Source of the DNA: Nitrosophilus alvini
GTDB taxonomy: Bacteria; Campylobacterota; Campylobacteria; Campylobacterales; Nitratiruptoraceae
Direction of reading: 5' to 3'
Assembly: GCF_015100395.1 (NCBI RefSeq)
Contig: NZ_AP022847.1
Coordinates: 1,750,003-1,774,002, forward strand
DNA: 24,000 nucleotides
The notes below the pieces were generated by a model, which did no database searches, was not told where the DNA came from, and saw only the letters and a list, made by a program, of their open reading frames with translations. This document shows positions 22,546 through 24,000 of this stretch, piece after piece. How positions within the stretch are numbered: position 1 is the first letter of the stretch; each line of letters begins with the position of its first letter. Position numbers and translations under genes: made by a program.

Positions 22546-23101
22546 ACTCGGTTTTTAGCATTTCGTAATCACTCAACAGATAATCCACTGTAAAATCTGT
22601 CAAGTCCCTGTAAAGAGGTGTCTGCGTCAAATTTTTTATACCTATCATATATGGTGGCACCCATTCAAGAAGATGTTTATGTAAAAAATTATATGCAGCT
22701 CTGTTTTCATTTCTAAATGCAAGATTTTGCATAAACCCCATCTCTATGGAGAGATGATCGGGTGCAAGTATATGGGTCTGATTCATATTCACTTCATATC
22801 CGTGATCGAAATAAAACTGCATTACAGGATTTTGAAGTCCTACAAGAATTTCAGCCTTGCTGTCAAGAACCAGTGTTTCAACCGGCTGGCTGTTTATCAT
22901 AAAAACCGTGTTATAGTCTACATTGGCTTCCTCCACTATTTTATCAAGACTTTCCGATTCGAACCATCTCCTGGTATCTTCACCTATAAGCTCCAGAAGC
23001 TGAACACTCTTTTTTAAATCCTCTAATGCTTTGATATCCAGCTCTTTTTCGAAACATCTTGATAAAAATGCATATATGAAAGCTCTTGTTTTGTTATCCA
23101 A
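22529..23101 (-). CDS. TorD/DmsD-family redox-enzyme maturation chaperone-like protein
   Basis: About 190 aa, all-helical. Typical opening ..RAFIYAFLSRCFEKELD... and overall TorD-like pattern. TTG start with AAGGA 5 nt upstream, coupled to the Fe-S protein gene. Family call by pattern only. Confidence 0.6.
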   Translation of the reverse strand: MDNKTRAFIYAFLSRCFEKELDIKALEDLKKSVQLLELIGEDTRRWFESESLDKIVEEANVDYNTVFMINSQPVETLVLDSKAEILVGLQNPVMQFYFDHGYEVNMNQTHILAPDHLSIEMGFMQNLAFRNENRAAYNFLHKHLLEWVPPYMIGIKNLTQTPLYRDLTDFTVDYLLSDYEMLKTEFGHES

Positions 23102-23186
23102 AACTATCCTTATTGCTGATTTGTTGGTATATCAGTATATTTGTTTGACATTTAAATTAATATAAAATTGACAATCTGCAAATCTG

Positions 23187-23211
23187 CCAAAACCGCCTGA
23201 AGCGGTTTTGG
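23187..23211 (-). terminator. Perfect 10-bp stem/5-nt loop hairpin directly after the Cys-rich protein gene (candidate intrinsic terminator)
   Basis: CCAAAACCGC (23187-23196) / GCGGTTTTGG (23202-23211), starting 3 nt after the stop at 23214. On the minus strand the stem is followed only by CAGAUUUGC, so the U-tract is weak. Confidence 0.45.
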
Positions 23212-23213
23212 TT

Positions 23214-23636
23214 CTACAGGCACCCTTTGAAAAAAGATTTCTTCGGAGGAGGAGGCGCTTTAAATTCATGCGCTTTTATTACGCCGGCTTCTTCGTCTAT
23301 CTCTCCCATAATGGTAACTTCGTTTCTGTTTGCAGCTTTTTCAAGAAGTTCATATTTTGGAACATTTGCAAGATCAAGTCTGTAATACCTGCCCTCGTCA
23401 TGAACGAAAAGAACAAGATCATCCACCTCTGGATTTCCTGGCAGCCACTCTTTGAAGCAGCCCCCGTAACCGCACAGATAACTTTCAAGCCTGCAGTCGG
23501 CAAAATATCCATTCTCAACACACCATTTTGTAGCGAGAAAACCTTTTTTCTTTGCCTCTTCATGCTCGCTGCCCGATGAAGCAAAAGCGCTGATACAAAA
23601 CGCTGCAGCAAGCGCAACCGTCAATAGCTTTTTCAT
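23214..23636 (-). CDS. Secreted Cys-rich hypothetical protein
   Basis: Signal peptide MKKLLTVALAAAFCISAFA. The predicted mature protein has 5 Cys (WCVENGYFADCRLESYLCGYGGC, C-terminal KGCL). ATGA start/stop overlap with the upstream cytochrome gene (23633-23636). Preferred over the antisense ORF 23208..23579. Confidence 0.6.
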   Translation of the reverse strand: MKKLLTVALAAAFCISAFASSGSEHEEAKKKGFLATKWCVENGYFADCRLESYLCGYGGCFKEWLPGNPEVDDLVLFVHDEGRYYRLDLANVPKYELLEKAANRNEVTIMGEIDEEAGVIKAHEFKAPPPPKKSFFKGCL

Positions 23637-24000
23637 TTTTCCACCTCCGCTTTCAGAGTCTGCATAAATGCCACGATATCCTCTATGCTCTGTTTATCCA
23701 GGTAATCAAAAGGAGGCATAGTAGAAGTTCTGTTTCCCTTGTCATCGGTCATATACCACTGAAAATTCGGATGTGAATTTCTGTTGTATCCCGGAACCAC
23801 TACAGCATTCGGATCAACAATAGATTCTCTTATATATGCTGCAGTAGCCTGTCCTCCTATATTGGAGAGGTCTGGCGCCATATATTCCGGAGCAGACGAA
23901 CCTGGAAATTTATGGCACGAGGCACAGTTTTGCATAGAGAGTTCTTTCCCTTTTGCCACATCGCCCTTTGCTTTTTCGTTAACAACTTCTGCAAGTCTGT
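23633..24000 (-). CDS. c-type cytochrome (class I-like domain), N-terminus probably beyond the window
   Basis: CxxCH haem site (QNCASCHKF) and a distal Met region (STMPPFDYLDKQSIEDIVAFMQTLK). The reading frame stays open upstream of the GTG at 23959 through nt 24000 (..RLAEVVNEKAKGD..), so the gene may extend past the edge. Confidence 0.8.
   Translation of the reverse strand, partial: RLAEVVNEKAKGDVAKGKELSMQNCASCHKFPGSSAPEYMAPDLSNIGGQATAAYIRESIVDPNAVVVPGYNRNSHPNFQWYMTDDKGNRTSTMPPFDYLDKQSIEDIVAFMQTLKAEVEK

Noticed and set aside
23208-23579. 123-aa plus-strand ORF opposite the Cys-rich secreted protein gene.
   Set aside because: No SD and an odd composition. The minus-strand ORF has a signal peptide and an ATGA coupling to the cytochrome gene.

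Overview
AT-rich, gene-dense bacterial chromosome segment: 23 protein genes, short spacers, many overlapping start/stop junctions. I found no rRNA, tRNA, CRISPR array or mobile element. Gene content, repeated TGnTATAAT extended -10 boxes and a reverse gyrase gene suggest a thermophilic Campylobacterota (Nautilia/Caminibacter-like) genome; this is inference only. Plus strand, left to right: trkH (5'-truncated), an MFS transporter, a YbhF/S/R-type ABC-2 exporter (tandem-NBD ATPase plus two permeases), a PPK2, a PAS-PAS-GGDEF-EAL c-di-GMP protein, an eIF-2B-family sugar-phosphate isomerase-like protein, a flavin reductase, an AmmeMemoRadiSam-type radical SAM enzyme and a DUF308/HdeD membrane protein. 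Next come a minus-strand CxxCH haem-binding-domain protein and, diverging from it, two tandem paralogous small secreted proteins. The most interesting region is a minus-strand operon at about 21.3 to 15.3 kb: single-domain KaiC/RadA-like ATPase, a 91-nt spacer with an interleaved repeat element, an uncharacterised HTH protein, reverse gyrase (start codon abuts the HTH stop codon), and a second PPK2 (start overlaps the rgy stop by 17 nt), with an SDR oxidoreductase further downstream. This looks like an undescribed accessory or regulatory module around reverse gyrase. The right end holds a redox cluster: partial c-type cytochrome, Cys-rich secreted protein, hairpin, TorD-like chaperone and a 4x[4Fe-4S] protein. 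All functional calls come from motif recognition by eye; no searches were run.
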